64,000 bases of DNA from positions 620,001-684,000 of the forward strand of contig UYFQ01000032.1 in NCBI GenBank assembly GCA_900617105.1, read 5' to 3'. A program made the translations under genes and the position numbers. Below are positions 54,547 through 64,000 of the stretch, in pieces (positions within the stretch are counted from its first letter, which is position 1; each line of letters starts with the position of its first letter). This stretch comes from Hydrurus foetidus (Eukaryota). The notes beneath the pieces are model-generated. The model was not told the DNA's origin. It worked only from the letters and a program-made list of their open reading frames with translations, and ran no database searches.

Positions 54547-56175
54547 ATGAAATCTCTCAAGCACTACATCACGCTGCTGAACATCGGCGGTTTGGCCCTA
54601 GCGGCTTTGTTGGTCTTGGTGGCAATGTGGGGGGAGCAGAGGGGGCGCGATGCAGCGGAGCAAACCTTCACAGCCAAAGATGTAACCGCTGATATTTTGC
54701 CGCCCCCACTCTATTTGATCGAGCTGAGGCTGGTGCTGTCGCAAGCCGCAGAAGGCAGCCTGGCGGTGCCTGAAGCGCAAAAAGAAATAGCACGGCTCAC
54801 AAAGGAATACCAAGACCGCATCACCTACTGGACAGCCAACTCGGCCTATGGCTTAGAGGCGGCGCTACTCGGTCGTCAACACGAGGGTGGTAAAAAGTTT
54901 TTGGCCGCAACTCAACAGGTGATGGGCCAGCTTTCCTCAGGGGGCAGCCGCGATGCCATTGCCGCAGGGATGGCGGATGCACACAAGGTGTATTTAGAGC
55001 ACCGTGCTGGGGTGGATGCCACAGTGACGGCATCGAATGCCTTTGCAGTTCAGTCAATTATGAACTTTGAAAACCGCGCCAAGACCACCCATGCCGTGCT
55101 GTGGCTGGTATCAGGCAGCGCCGCCTTGGTGCTGCTGATGCTCGGATTGTGGGTCGGGCAGCGCATCACACGGCCCATCAAACAAGCCGTATTAGTGGCC
55201 CAAGCCGTGGCCGCTGGCGACTTAACCTCGCGCATCGAAGTCACCTCCCAAGACGAAACGGGTCAGCTGCTGGCGGCCCTCAAGACCATGAACCAAAACC
55301 TCATCAATCTGGTGAGCACCGTACACATGAGCAGCAAAACCGTGGCCTCTGGGTCAGACGAAATTGCCATCAGCAACCTGGACTTGAGCCAACGCACTGA
55401 AGAACAAGCCGCCAATTTGCAGCAAACCTCATCATCGATGGAGCGCTTGTCCAGCACCGTGCGGGTGAACGCCGAAACCGCCAACCGTGCAGCCCAACTG
55501 GCCAACTCAGCCAGCTTGGCTGCTGCCAAAGGCGGGGCTGCGGTAGGTGAAGTGGTAGCCACGATGAACGACATCACCACCAGCTCACACAAAATCGCCA
55601 ACATCATTGGCGTGATTGACGGTATCGCGTTTCAAACCAATATTTTGGCGCTCAATGCCGCCGTGGAAGCCGCCCGTGCAGGGGAGCAAGGCCGTGGTTT
55701 TGCCGTGGTTGCCAGTGAAGTGCGCAGCTTGGCACAGCGCAGTGCCGATGCCGCCAAAGAGATCAAAGCGCTGATTGGGGCCAGCGTAGAGCGCGTGGAA
55801 GCAGGCTCCAAACAGGTCACTGCAGCCGGAACCACCATGACTGACATCGTGGCGCAGGTCAAAGGTGTCGCCGAACTCATCCGCCAAATCAGCGAAGCCA
55901 CCCGAGAGCAAACCGATGGTATTGACTACATCGGCAACGCGGTGTCGCAGCTCGATCAAGTCACCCAGCAAAATGCGGCCCTTGTGGAAGAAAGCGCCGC
56001 TGCGGCGGAAAGCCTGAAGCATCAAGCCGATTTGCTGGTGCAGTCCATCAGCGCGTTCCGACTGGATGTGAATCCTGTGGCATCAGCCCCGCACAGCTCG
56101 CCACACAAAAGCACCAAGCCACAGCTGCCAGGGTACAAACCACTTCAACTCCAACGCACAGGCTCTGCGGCGTAG
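54547..56175 (+). CDS. Methyl-accepting chemotaxis protein
   Basis: Two TM segments, HAMP domain, [30 protein letters not shown]. Confidence 0.95.
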   Translation: MKSLKHYITLLNIGGLALAALLVLVAMWGEQRGRDAAEQTFTAKDVTADILPPPLYLIELRLVLSQAAEGSLAVPEAQKEIARLTKEYQDRITYWTANSAYGLEAALLGRQHEGGKKFLAATQQVMGQLSSGGSRDAIAAGMADAHKVYLEHRAGVDATVTASNAFAVQSIMNFENRAKTTHAVLWLVSGSAALVLLMLGLWVGQRITRPIKQAVLVAQAVAAGDLTSRIEVTSQDETGQLLAALKTMNQNLINLVSTVHMSSKTVASGSDEIAISNLDLSQRTEEQAANLQQTSSSMERLSSTVRVNAETANRAAQLANSASLAAAKGGAAVGEVVATMNDITTSSHKIANIIGVIDGIAFQTNILALNAAVEAARAGEQGRGFAVVASEVRSLAQRSADAAKEIKALIGASVERVEAGSKQVTAAGTTMTDIVAQVKGVAELIRQISEATREQTDGIDYIGNAVSQLDQVTQQNAALVEESAAAAESLKHQADLLVQSISAFRLDVNPVASAPHSSPHKSTKPQLPGYKPLQLQRTGSAA

Positions 56176-56196
56176 CGTCACTAAAATGGGGTGCAA

Positions 56197-57054
56197 ATGC
56201 ACAAAGCCCCTCCACCCCCTCAGTTCCGGCGCGCACCTGCCGCACCAGCCTACCCTTCAACCAAACCGGCAGCGGCGGGAATGCCATCAGCCACTGATCG
56301 CTTGAACAAACGCATGGCCGCGATGGGCCTGTGCTCGCGACGCGAAGCGGATGACTGGATCGCCAAAGGTTGGGTCAAAGTCAACGGTGTGGTCGCCCCT
56401 ATGGGCCTGCAAGTTGGCCCCGATGCCCACATCGAAGTGGACTCTACCGCGCGAGGCCAGCAGCAAACCCAAGTCACCATTTTGCTGAACAAGCCTATGG
56501 GCTTTGTCAGCGGCCAAGCCGAAGACGGCCACGAACCCGCAGTCACCCAAATCCAGGCCCACACCCGCTGGCGCGAAGACACCAGCCACTACCGCTTCGG
56601 CCTCCAGCAACTGCGTGGCCTGGCCCCCGCCGGGCGGCTGGACATTGATTCCATCGGTTTGTTGGTGATGACGCAAGATGGCCGCGTCGCCCGCCAGTTG
56701 ATTGGTGAAGACTCGGACATCGAAAAAGAATACCTCGTGCGCGTCAGCTACCTCACGGCACAAGGCGACATCACCACCCAAGTGCAAGCCGCCTTCCCCA
56801 ACGAACTGCTTGCCCGCCTGCGCCACGGCCTGAGCCTGGACGGCAAACCCCTCAAACCAGCACAGGTCAGCTGGCAAAACGAAGAGCAGTTACGCTTTGT
56901 GCTGCGCGAAGGCAAAAAACGCCAAATTCGCCGTATGTGTGAGCAAGTCGGGCTGAAAGTGGTAGGCCTCAAACGCATCCGCATCGGCAACGTCACGCTG
57001 GGGAATTTGCCGATTGGGCAGTGGCGGTATCTGGGGGCGCATGAGCGGTTTTGA
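56197..57054 (+). CDS. RsuA/RluF-family pseudouridine synthase
   Basis: S4 domain (RLNK..CSRREAD), [17 protein letters not shown]; start uncertain. Confidence 0.9.
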   Translation: MHKAPPPPQFRRAPAAPAYPSTKPAAAGMPSATDRLNKRMAAMGLCSRREADDWIAKGWVKVNGVVAPMGLQVGPDAHIEVDSTARGQQQTQVTILLNKPMGFVSGQAEDGHEPAVTQIQAHTRWREDTSHYRFGLQQLRGLAPAGRLDIDSIGLLVMTQDGRVARQLIGEDSDIEKEYLVRVSYLTAQGDITTQVQAAFPNELLARLRHGLSLDGKPLKPAQVSWQNEEQLRFVLREGKKRQIRRMCEQVGLKVVGLKRIRIGNVTLGNLPIGQWRYLGAHERF

Positions 57055-57089
57055 GGCCGTGTATTGAGCAAATAACGCTTGCCTCTTCT

Positions 57090-57117
57090 GCATGTTTGCA
57101 TAAAAATGCAAACATGC
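57090..57117. promoter_or_regulatory. Putative TA operator overlapping the antitoxin start codon
   Basis: GCATGTTTGCAT-aaaa-ATGCAAACATGC with perfect 12-bp arms. Confidence 0.7.
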
Positions 57118-57359
57118 GTACCAGTTTAGACATCCCAGACACCCTGTTTCGACACCTCAAAACCCGCGCGGCGATGGAGGGCTCCACCCTGCGCGATTTG
57201 GTGCTATCACTGGTGGCACGGGGGATGGAAGCCCCGACAACATCGCCCCTCGCTCCGGCAGTAGCCGTGGAATTGCCCCGTGTTCGCTTGGGTTCCCCCA
57301 TGGCGCTGCAAGGCAGCGCGTTGAGCAACGCCGCACTCAGTGCATTGCTCGATGAGTAG
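57114..57359 (+). CDS. VapB-like antitoxin
   Basis: MRTSLDIPDTLFRHLKTRAAMEGSTLRDLV RHH-like N-terminus. Confidence 0.78.
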   Translation: MRTSLDIPDTLFRHLKTRAAMEGSTLRDLVLSLVARGMEAPTTSPLAPAVAVELPRVRLGSPMALQGSALSNAALSALLDE

Positions 57360-57918
57360 CCCACCGAACCCCAACTTCCCACCTCCACTGCGGGCATCAC
57401 ACAACGTACAAGAGGCACCAGGTCTGCTGTGGTCATTCCAGCGCAGCAGCCCGGCAGGCGATCTGCCAGACATCAACATCTGGCTGGCCTTGGCGATTGA
57501 AGAGCACCCGCACCACGCCCGTGCACGGGCCTACTGGCAACAGACACAGGCCGACAACGCGCCCACCTTTGCCACCGCAGGGAAGCCGTTCATTTGGTTT
57601 TGCCGCACCACCATGCTCGGCATGGTGCGTCTGCTTTGCCAACCCAAAGCGGTAGGCGCAGGCGCTTTGGACTTGACTGCCGCTTGGCACCTGTACCAGC
57701 AATACCGTGCTTTGCCACAAATCGGGCTACAGGCAGACCCGGCCGATTGCGAATCCCAACTCAGCACCTTGCTCGGCACAGAGAAGCTACCCACCCGGTT
57801 GTGGACGGACGCTTATTTGGCCGCACTGGCGCAAGCGTCAGGTATGCGTTTGGTCACGTTTGACCGTGATTTCCAGCGCTTCAACCTCACTCGCTGCCTG
57901 ATCTTGCCAACCGCCTGA
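57352..57918 (+). CDS. VapC-like PIN-domain toxin
   Basis: LPDINIWLAL..H.HH, WTDAYLAA, LVTFDRDF. Confidence 0.85.
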   Translation: MSSPPNPNFPPPLRASHNVQEAPGLLWSFQRSSPAGDLPDINIWLALAIEEHPHHARARAYWQQTQADNAPTFATAGKPFIWFCRTTMLGMVRLLCQPKAVGAGALDLTAAWHLYQQYRALPQIGLQADPADCESQLSTLLGTEKLPTRLWTDAYLAALAQASGMRLVTFDRDFQRFNLTRCLILPTA

Positions 57919-57961
57919 ACCTTCGGCACGTCCACTCACGCACCCTCCACCAGGCCACTCC

Positions 57962-59005
57962 ATGACTATCAAATCAATAGCTGCCTACGCATTATTTATA
58001 AGCGCTTCAGTCTTCTTCAGCCCAATAAAAGCACAGCAAAACACTGCCAGCGGCACCGTCACCGCCCTGTGCAGCACCGACCAAGGCTGGTGCGAGCTGG
58101 CCGCAGCCGAATTCACCAAGACCACCGGCGTGAAAGTGCTGCAAAGCCACAAAGCCACCGGCGAAGCGCTGGCCCAGTTGCGGGCAGAGGCCAACAACCC
58201 CAAGACCGATATCTGGTGGGGCGGCACCGGCGACCCGTATTTGCAAGCCGCCGAAGTCGGCCTGCTCGATGCCTACCGCCCCAGCTACATCAACGATTTG
58301 CAAGCCTGGAGCGTGCGCCAGTACGCGATGACGCAAAACCAAGTCGGCGGTTTTTACACCAGCGCCATCGGTTTTGGCTGGAACACCGAGCTGCTGAAAA
58401 AGAAAAAACTCCCTGCTCCTGCCTGCTGGGCTGACCTCATCAAACCCGGGTACAAAGGCGACATCGAAATATCCCACCCCGCCTCCAGCGGTACGGCCTA
58501 CACCATCCTCGCCGGGCTGGTGCAGCACATGGGCGAGGATGCCGCTTTCGATTACCTGAAAAAGCTGCACAAAAACATCAGCAACTACACCCGCAGCGGC
58601 CAAGCCCAAGCACCCAACGTGGCCAAAGGCGAAGTCGCCATCGGCGTGAGCTTTGTCTTTGGCTTCGATTTGTGGAAGCACAACAAATACCCCGTACAGT
58701 CCACCGCCCCCTGCGAAGGTGCCAGCTACGAGATTGGCGGCATCGCACTGGTCAAAGGCGCACGTAACAAGACCAACGGGCAAAAGTACTACGATTTCCT
58801 GATGAGCCCCACCGCCCAGGCGCTGGGTGCCAAAGCAGGCAGCTTGCAGTTCCCCGCCAACAAAGCCACCGTGCTCGACCCACGCATCCCCCGGCTTGAC
58901 AACGTGCGGCTCATCAAATACGACTTTGAGAAATACGGCAAAGCAGCCGAGCGCAGACGCTTGATTGAGCGGTGGACGAAAGAGGTGGAGGCGCTGCCGA
59001 GGTAA
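57962..59005 (+). CDS. ABC transporter substrate-binding protein (Fe3+/AfuA-like)
   Basis: Signal peptide, AEANNPKTDIWWGG, PASSGTAY. Confidence 0.88.
   Translation: MTIKSIAAYALFISASVFFSPIKAQQNTASGTVTALCSTDQGWCELAAAEFTKTTGVKVLQSHKATGEALAQLRAEANNPKTDIWWGGTGDPYLQAAEVGLLDAYRPSYINDLQAWSVRQYAMTQNQVGGFYTSAIGFGWNTELLKKKKLPAPACWADLIKPGYKGDIEISHPASSGTAYTILAGLVQHMGEDAAFDYLKKLHKNISNYTRSGQAQAPNVAKGEVAIGVSFVFGFDLWKHNKYPVQSTAPCEGASYEIGGIALVKGARNKTNGQKYYDFLMSPTAQALGAKAGSLQFPANKATVLDPRIPRLDNVRLIKYDFEKYGKAAERRRLIERWTKEVEALPR
57963..58022 (-). repeat. ~55-bp two-hairpin REP-like repeat encoding the SBP signal peptide
   Basis: CTATCAAATCAATAGCTGCCTACGCATTATTTATAAGCGCTTCAG. Confidence 0.65.
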
Positions 59006-59076
59006 ATCAGCGCATTTATGCTGTTTTTACACCTCCCGTACTATCCTGAAGCCCTCACCATTACTGGGGGTTCATC

Positions 59077-59172
59077 ATGGAACTGGCAACAATCGCGTGT
59101 ATCGCCCTGCTTTGGGGCTTGTTGATCTTGGGCGTGTGGGGCTACCAGCGTTTTAAGCGGATGGGATCGTAG
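59077..59172 (+). CDS. Putative 31-aa single-pass membrane protein
   Basis: MELATIACIALLWGLLILGVWGYQRFKRMGS*, with GGGGG 6 nt upstream. Confidence 0.45.
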   Translation: MELATIACIALLWGLLILGVWGYQRFKRMGS

Positions 59173-59196
59173 GATTTGCAGTTGAATCATGCCAAT

Positions 59197-59218
59197 TTTT
59201 AGCGCAATTACGCTAAAA
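59197..59218. promoter_or_regulatory. Putative operator of the MNT-HEPN pair
   Basis: TTTTAGCG-caatta-CGCTAAAA immediately before the ATG. Confidence 0.6.
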
Positions 59219-59226
59219 TACAGCAC

Positions 59227-59799
59227 ATGTCACTTGCCCAATCCCTTTTCACAAGCAGCCAAGCGCAGGTCTACGCTTGGTTGTTTGGCCTTCCTGAGCG
59301 GGCCTACCACTGGAACGAGCTGAGCCGCCTGACCAAGCTGGGCAGTGCCTCTTTGCAGCGGGAACTCAATCGGCTGGTCGATGCGGGCGTGGTCACGTCG
59401 GAGCGGGTGGGCAATTTGCGGCGCTTTCAAGCCAATGCAGCCAGCCCCGTTTTCACCGATCTCGTCAATCTGACCCGCAAAACACTGGGCGCAGTCCCCG
59501 CCCTGCAAGACGCACTGCAACCTTTGGCGGCTAAATTGCAACTGGCTTTTGTCTTCGGCTCGGTAGCCAAACAAACCGACACTGCACAAAGCGACATTGA
59601 CGTGATGCTGGTAGGGGACGACCTCCAAATTCGCGAAGTGCTGGAGCTGCTGATCCCGCTAGAGGCGCAGCTAGGTCGAAAAATCAACCCCACCTGCTAC
59701 ACCTCAGCCGAATTTGCCCGCCGCCGGGTGGAGGAAGACTCTTTTGTGCAAAGAGTGTTGGCGCAACCTACGCTGCCATTGTTTGGAAAAGTGCCATGA
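59227..59799 (+). CDS. HTH plus minimal nucleotidyltransferase (MNT) antitoxin
   Basis: SLQRELNRL HTH; FVFGSVAK..SDIDVM. Confidence 0.87.
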   Translation: MSLAQSLFTSSQAQVYAWLFGLPERAYHWNELSRLTKLGSASLQRELNRLVDAGVVTSERVGNLRRFQANAASPVFTDLVNLTRKTLGAVPALQDALQPLAAKLQLAFVFGSVAKQTDTAQSDIDVMLVGDDLQIREVLELLIPLEAQLGRKINPTCYTSAEFARRRVEEDSFVQRVLAQPTLPLFGKVP

Positions 59800-60221
59800 G
59801 CGTACCCGCCCTGGACAACCTGACGCGCATTGGGCAACTCAAGGCCGAGCCACGCACCGAAGCAGAATGCCGTCGGATGCTGGGCATGGCACAAACCCGG
59901 CTAGCTGATGCCCAACTTAGCCATGTCTCTCTTGAAGGGCGTTTCACCAGCGTCTACAACGCAGCGCACGCCGCAGCCTTGGCAGCACTACGCTGGCACG
60001 GCTAACGCAGTGAAAACAGGTACACCGTCTTCCAATGCCTGAGTCACACCGTCCAGTGGTCGCCTGCGCAATGGCGGGTGCTGGACACGGCACACCAAAA
60101 GCGCAATTTGGCAGAGTACGAAGGCTATCTGGAGATTGAGGAAGCCACCGTCACAGAACTGTGCGCCACAGTGACCGAGCTGATTGCCGACGTGCAGCGC
60201 CTTATCAGCCCCAAGCGATAA
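59796..60221 (+). pseudogene. HEPN-like toxin with premature TAA
   Basis: YNAAHAAALAALRWHG*RSENRYTVFQCL..HQKRNLAEYEG; stop at 60003-60005, frame stays open to 60221. Confidence 0.82.
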
Positions 60222-60226
60222 TCCCC

Positions 60227-60254
60227 CTTGAAATCCCCTTCCCCGATGCCACTT
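60227..60254 (+). promoter_or_regulatory. Putative sigma-32 promoter of htpG
   Basis: CTTGAAA -35 element and an imperfect -10 (TGCCACTT) upstream of a heat-shock gene. Confidence 0.55.
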
Positions 60255-60304
60255 GCGAGTGGCATTTTTATTTCCTTCCAACCCTTTTCTGACCTCTCTC
60301 GACC

Positions 60305-62281
60305 ATGACCAAACAAACCCATGCCTTCCAAGCCGAAGTGTCGCAACTGCTGCATCTCGTCACGCACTCGCTGTACTCCAACAAAGAAATTTTCGTCCGT
60401 GAGTTGATCTCCAACGCCTCTGACGCTTGCGACAAGCTGCGGTTTGAAGGCCTGAACAACAGCGCGTTGTTTGAAGATGCACCCAATCTGGAAGTGCGTG
60501 TCAGCTTTGACAAGGACGCGAAAACGCTCACCATCACCGACAACGGCATCGGTATGAGCGAGCAAGAGGCGATTGACCACCTGGGCACGATTGCCAAGAG
60601 CGGCACCAAAGATTTCATGAGCAAGCTGGGCACCGATGCCCAAGCCAGCGCCAAAGACCAAGGCTCGTTGATTGGGCAGTTTGGCGTAGGCTTTTATTCG
60701 GGTTTCATCGTCGCCGACAAAATCACCGTGGAAACCCGCCGTGCGGGCACCGCCGCGACCGAGGGCGTGCGCTGGATCAGCACCGGCACGGGCGATTTCG
60801 AGACCGAAAGCATCAACCGCCCTCTGCGCGGCACCAGCGTGATCTTGCATTTGCGTGACGACGCGCTCGACTTCGGCGCGGCCTGGAAGCTCAAGGGCAT
60901 CATCAACAAGTACGCTGACCACATCAGCCTGCCCATTCTGATGGAAAAAGAAGAGTGGAAAGAAGGCGAAAAAATCGAAGGTGACGAATCCGGTGCCACC
61001 CAAGGCGGCGGCATGGTCATGACGGGCGAGTGGGAAACCGTCAACAAAGCCAGCGCCCTGTGGAGCCGCGCTAAAAAGGATGTGACCGAAGAGCAGCACA
61101 TCGAGTTCTACAAGCAAATCAGCCACGACTTTGAAGCCCCGCTGACCTGGAGCCACAACCGCGTGGAAGGCAGCACCGAGTACACGCAGCTGCTGTACGT
61201 GCCGTCCAAAGCGCCGCAAGACCTGTGGAACCGTGACAAAAAGGCCGGTGTCAAACTCTATGTGAAGCGCGTCTTCATCATGGACGATGCCGAAGCCCTG
61301 CTGCCCAGCTACCTGCGCTTCATCAAAGGCGTGATCGACTCCGCTGATTTGCCACTGAACGTCTCACGCGAACTGCTGCAAGAAAGCCGCGATGTGAAAG
61401 CCATCCGCGAAGGCAACACCCGCCGCGTGCTGAGCTTGTTGGAAGACTTGGCCAAGCACGATGCAGCGCCCAAAGCTGATGGCGATGTCACCGACGTCGA
61501 GAGCGCTGAAGACACCGCCAAGCACGGCAAGTTCACCAAGTTCTACGCCGAATTCGGCTCGGTGCTCAAAGAAGGCCTGGGCGAAGACTTCAGCAACCGC
61601 GACAAAATCGCCAAGCTGCTGCGCTTTGCCAGCTCCACCAGCGACACGGTGTCGGTTGGCTTTGCGGACTACAAAGCCCGCATGAAAGAAGGCCAAGACG
61701 CCATCTACTACATCACCGCCGACACCCTGGCTGCCGCCAAGAACAGCCCCCAGCTCGAAGTCTTCAAAAAGAAGGGCATCGAAGTCCTGCTGATGACCGA
61801 CCGCGTGGACGAATGGGCGCTGAACTACTTGAACGAGTTCGACGGCACCCCGCTGCAAAGCGTCGCCAAGGGCGCGGTTGACTTGGGCAAGCTGCAAGAC
61901 GAAGACGAAAAGAAAGCCGCTGAAGCCGCTGCTGAAACCTTCAAACCGATGCTGGCCAAGTTGAAAGAAGCGCTGAAAGACAAAGCCGAAGATGTGCGTT
62001 CCACCAGCCGCTTGGTGGACAGCCCCGCGTGTTTGGTAGTGTCCGACCACGGCATGAGCACGCAACTGGCCCGTATGCTGAAGCAAGCCGGTCAAACAGC
62101 ACCGGAAACCAAGCCCATTTTGGAAGTGAACCCTGACCACGCGCTGGTGAAAAAGCTCGAAGGCTCAGTCCACTTCCACGACCTGGCCCACATCCTGTTT
62201 GACCAAGCTTTGTTGGCCGAAGGTGGCCTGCCCGCTGACCCGGCGGCGTATGTGAAGCGGGTGAATGCGTTGCTGGTGTGA
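60305..62281 (+). CDS. htpG: Chaperone HtpG (Hsp90)
   Basis: [42 protein letters not shown]. Confidence 0.97.
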   Translation: MTKQTHAFQAEVSQLLHLVTHSLYSNKEIFVRELISNASDACDKLRFEGLNNSALFEDAPNLEVRVSFDKDAKTLTITDNGIGMSEQEAIDHLGTIAKSGTKDFMSKLGTDAQASAKDQGSLIGQFGVGFYSGFIVADKITVETRRAGTAATEGVRWISTGTGDFETESINRPLRGTSVILHLRDDALDFGAAWKLKGIINKYADHISLPILMEKEEWKEGEKIEGDESGATQGGGMVMTGEWETVNKASALWSRAKKDVTEEQHIEFYKQISHDFEAPLTWSHNRVEGSTEYTQLLYVPSKAPQDLWNRDKKAGVKLYVKRVFIMDDAEALLPSYLRFIKGVIDSADLPLNVSRELLQESRDVKAIREGNTRRVLSLLEDLAKHDAAPKADGDVTDVESAEDTAKHGKFTKFYAEFGSVLKEGLGEDFSNRDKIAKLLRFASSTSDTVSVGFADYKARMKEGQDAIYYITADTLAAAKNSPQLEVFKKKGIEVLLMTDRVDEWALNYLNEFDGTPLQSVAKGAVDLGKLQDEDEKKAAEAAAETFKPMLAKLKEALKDKAEDVRSTSRLVDSPACLVVSDHGMSTQLARMLKQAGQTAPETKPILEVNPDHALVKKLEGSVHFHDLAHILFDQALLAEGGLPADPAAYVKRVNALLV

Positions 62282-62304
62282 TTTTGAGATTTTTTAGAGC
62301 ATCC

Positions 62305-62359
62305 AATTGAGCTTTACCGCTTATGAAATATGCTAGAGCAGCTACGGTATTTGTAGCAC
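62305..62359 (+). repeat. ~55-bp two-hairpin REP-like repeat downstream of htpG
   Basis: AATTGAGCTTTACCGCTTATGAAATATGCTAGAGCAGCTACGGTATTTGTAGCA. Confidence 0.65.
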
Positions 62360-62371
62360 TCCTTTGATCTT

Positions 62372-62406
62372 AAAACCCCAGTTGGCTTTGTGCTGCTGGG
62401 GTTTTT
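62372..62406. terminator. Bidirectional intrinsic terminator between htpG and kup
   Basis: AAAACCCCAG...CTGGGGTTTTTT. Confidence 0.8.
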
Positions 62407-62427
62407 TGCTGCCGGACGGATTGCCCC

Positions 62428-64000
62428 TCAAATCCGCACCCGCGACCCCAGCTCAATCACCGCGTTATGCGGAATCCTGAAGTAGTCCACCGCTTGGCCT
62501 GCGTTGCGTGACATCGCCTCGAACAAGTTTTCACGCCACAGTGCCATCTCAGAGCCTCTTGTAGGCACCACGGTTTCGCGGCTGAGGAAGAAGGACGTGG
62601 ACATCGCGTCGATATCCAACCCGTGCGAGGCGCACAGCGCCAGGGCTTTGGGGATGTTGGGCTGGTTCATAAAACCAAAGTTCAGCGTGACCTGCCAAAA
62701 GCCGGGGGCCAATGGTTTGACCTCAACGCGGCGGGCAAAGCCAATCCACGGTTCTTCATGGAACACGGCGTTGACGATGATGTTGCGCTCGTGGATAACC
62801 AGGTTGTGCTTCATGTTGTGCAGCAGCGCATTGGGCACCACGCCAGGCTCAGACGACAAATACACCGCCGTGCGGGCCACGCGGGTGACATGTTCGTCAT
62901 GCGCCAGGGCGGTGGCAAAGCTGGCCAGCTCAGGCTGGTCAGCACGCAAAGCGGCAGACAACAGCTCGCGGCCATGCTTCCAGGTCGTCATGATGAGCAA
63001 AAACAGTGCGGCCAAAGCGAGGGGGAACCAGCCTCCTTCCACGATTTTGATCGAGCAAGAGGCCACCAACAGCGCGTCCACCGCCACAAAAATCAGCGTG
63101 GAGGCGACCGACACCCACGCGGGGTAGCCCCAGGCGTGGCGCACCACAAAATACGTCAGCACCGTGGTAATCAGCATGGTGGCCGTGACGGCAATGCCGT
63201 AAGCCGAGGCCATTGCGGTTGAGCTGCCAAAGCCAAACACAGCGGCCAGCACCGCCACCAACAAGAACCAGTTCACGCTGGGGACGTAAATCTGGCCCTT
63301 CTCATGCGCTGAGGTGTGAACGATATGCATGCGCGGCAAGTAGCCCAGCTGAATAGCCTGCTGCGTCAACGAATACGCGCCCGAAATCACCGCTTGCGAC
63401 GCGATGATGGTGGCCAAGGTGGCCACGGCCACAGCGGGCAACAGCACCACTGCTGGGAACATCAGGTAAAACGGGTTGGCAGCGGCCTCGGGGTGGGTCA
63501 GCAACAAAGCGCCCTGACCCATGTAGTTCAGCGCCAAACAAGGCAACACCATGCCCATCCAAGCGATGCGGATGGCGTTTTTACCGAAGTGACCCATGTC
63601 GGCGTAGAGCGCTTCAGCCCCCGTCAGCGCCAGCACCACCGCCCCCATCGCGAGGAACAGACCCCAACCGCGTGCCACCAAAAACTGCAAGGCGACACAG
63701 GGGTCAAGCGCTTGCAAAATTTGCGGCGCTTGGGCGATGTGGAACACGCCCACACCGGCCAGCAACAGAAACCAGACCACCATCACCGGCCCGAACCAGC
63801 GTCCGACCACGGCAGTGCCTACGCGCTGCACCAGGAACAGGCCGATCAAAATCACGGCGGACAGGGGCAGCACCCAGGGCTTGAAGGCGGGGGTGACGAT
63901 TTCCAGGCCTTCCACCGCGCTCAGCACCGAGATGGCCGGAGTCAACACGCTGTCGCCGTAAAACAAGCAAGCGCCAAACGTGCCCAACAGCAGCAAACGC
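62428..64000 (-). CDS. kup: Potassium uptake protein Kup (5' end outside window)
   Basis: [45 protein letters not shown]. Confidence 0.96.
   Translation of the reverse strand, partial: RLLLLGTFGACLFYGDSVLTPAISVLSAVEGLEIVTPAFKPWVLPLSAVILIGLFLVQRVGTAVVGRWFGPVMVVWFLLLAGVGVFHIAQAPQILQALDPCVALQFLVARGWGLFLAMGAVVLALTGAEALYADMGHFGKNAIRIAWMGMVLPCLALNYMGQGALLLTHPEAAANPFYLMFPAVVLLPAVAVATLATIIASQAVISGAYSLTQQAIQLGYLPRMHIVHTSAHEKGQIYVPSVNWFLLVAVLAAVFGFGSSTAMASAYGIAVTATMLITTVLTYFVVRHAWGYPAWVSVASTLIFVAVDALLVASCSIKIVEGGWFPLALAALFLLIMTTWKHGRELLSAALRADQPELASFATALAHDEHVTRVARTAVYLSSEPGVVPNALLHNMKHNLVIHERNIIVNAVFHEEPWIGFARRVEVKPLAPGFWQVTLNFGFMNQPNIPKALALCASHGLDIDAMSTSFFLSRETVVPTRGSEMALWRENLFEAMSRNAGQAVDYFRIPHNAVIELGSRVRI

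Overview
About 64 kb of chromosome from a GC-rich betaproteobacterium. Gene content and order (rluC-rne, hemCDXY-ppc, icmF, Bug/TctC) suggest Comamonadaceae; this is an inference. The core backbone (mpl, S49 peptidase, rluC, rne, hemCDXY, ppc, icmF, cysK, htpG, kup) is interrupted by many accessory modules. (1) A candidate anti-phage operon downstream of mpl: a BrxR-like WYL regulator, a very AT-rich GmrSD-like DUF262/HNH gene and a DUF2779-type double nuclease, followed by a decayed partial copy of the nuclease gene. (2) Five toxin-antitoxin pairs, two with nonsense-mutated toxins. (3) A persulfide-detoxification module. (4) A YafY-type WYL operon containing an HhH-EVE chimeric gene. (5) An integrase-free catabolic island of about 9 kb (LysR, Bug, Mo-hydroxylase, DapA-like aldolase, 3-hydroxyanthranilate dioxygenase, NadX), bounded by a duplicated transglutaminase 3' end. 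(6) An intact IS256-family element with an 8-bp target duplication. A ~55-bp two-hairpin repeat family occurs about 10 times, mostly in frame inside genes. No rRNA, tRNA or CRISPR array was seen. All family calls come from motif recognition by eye, not from database searches.
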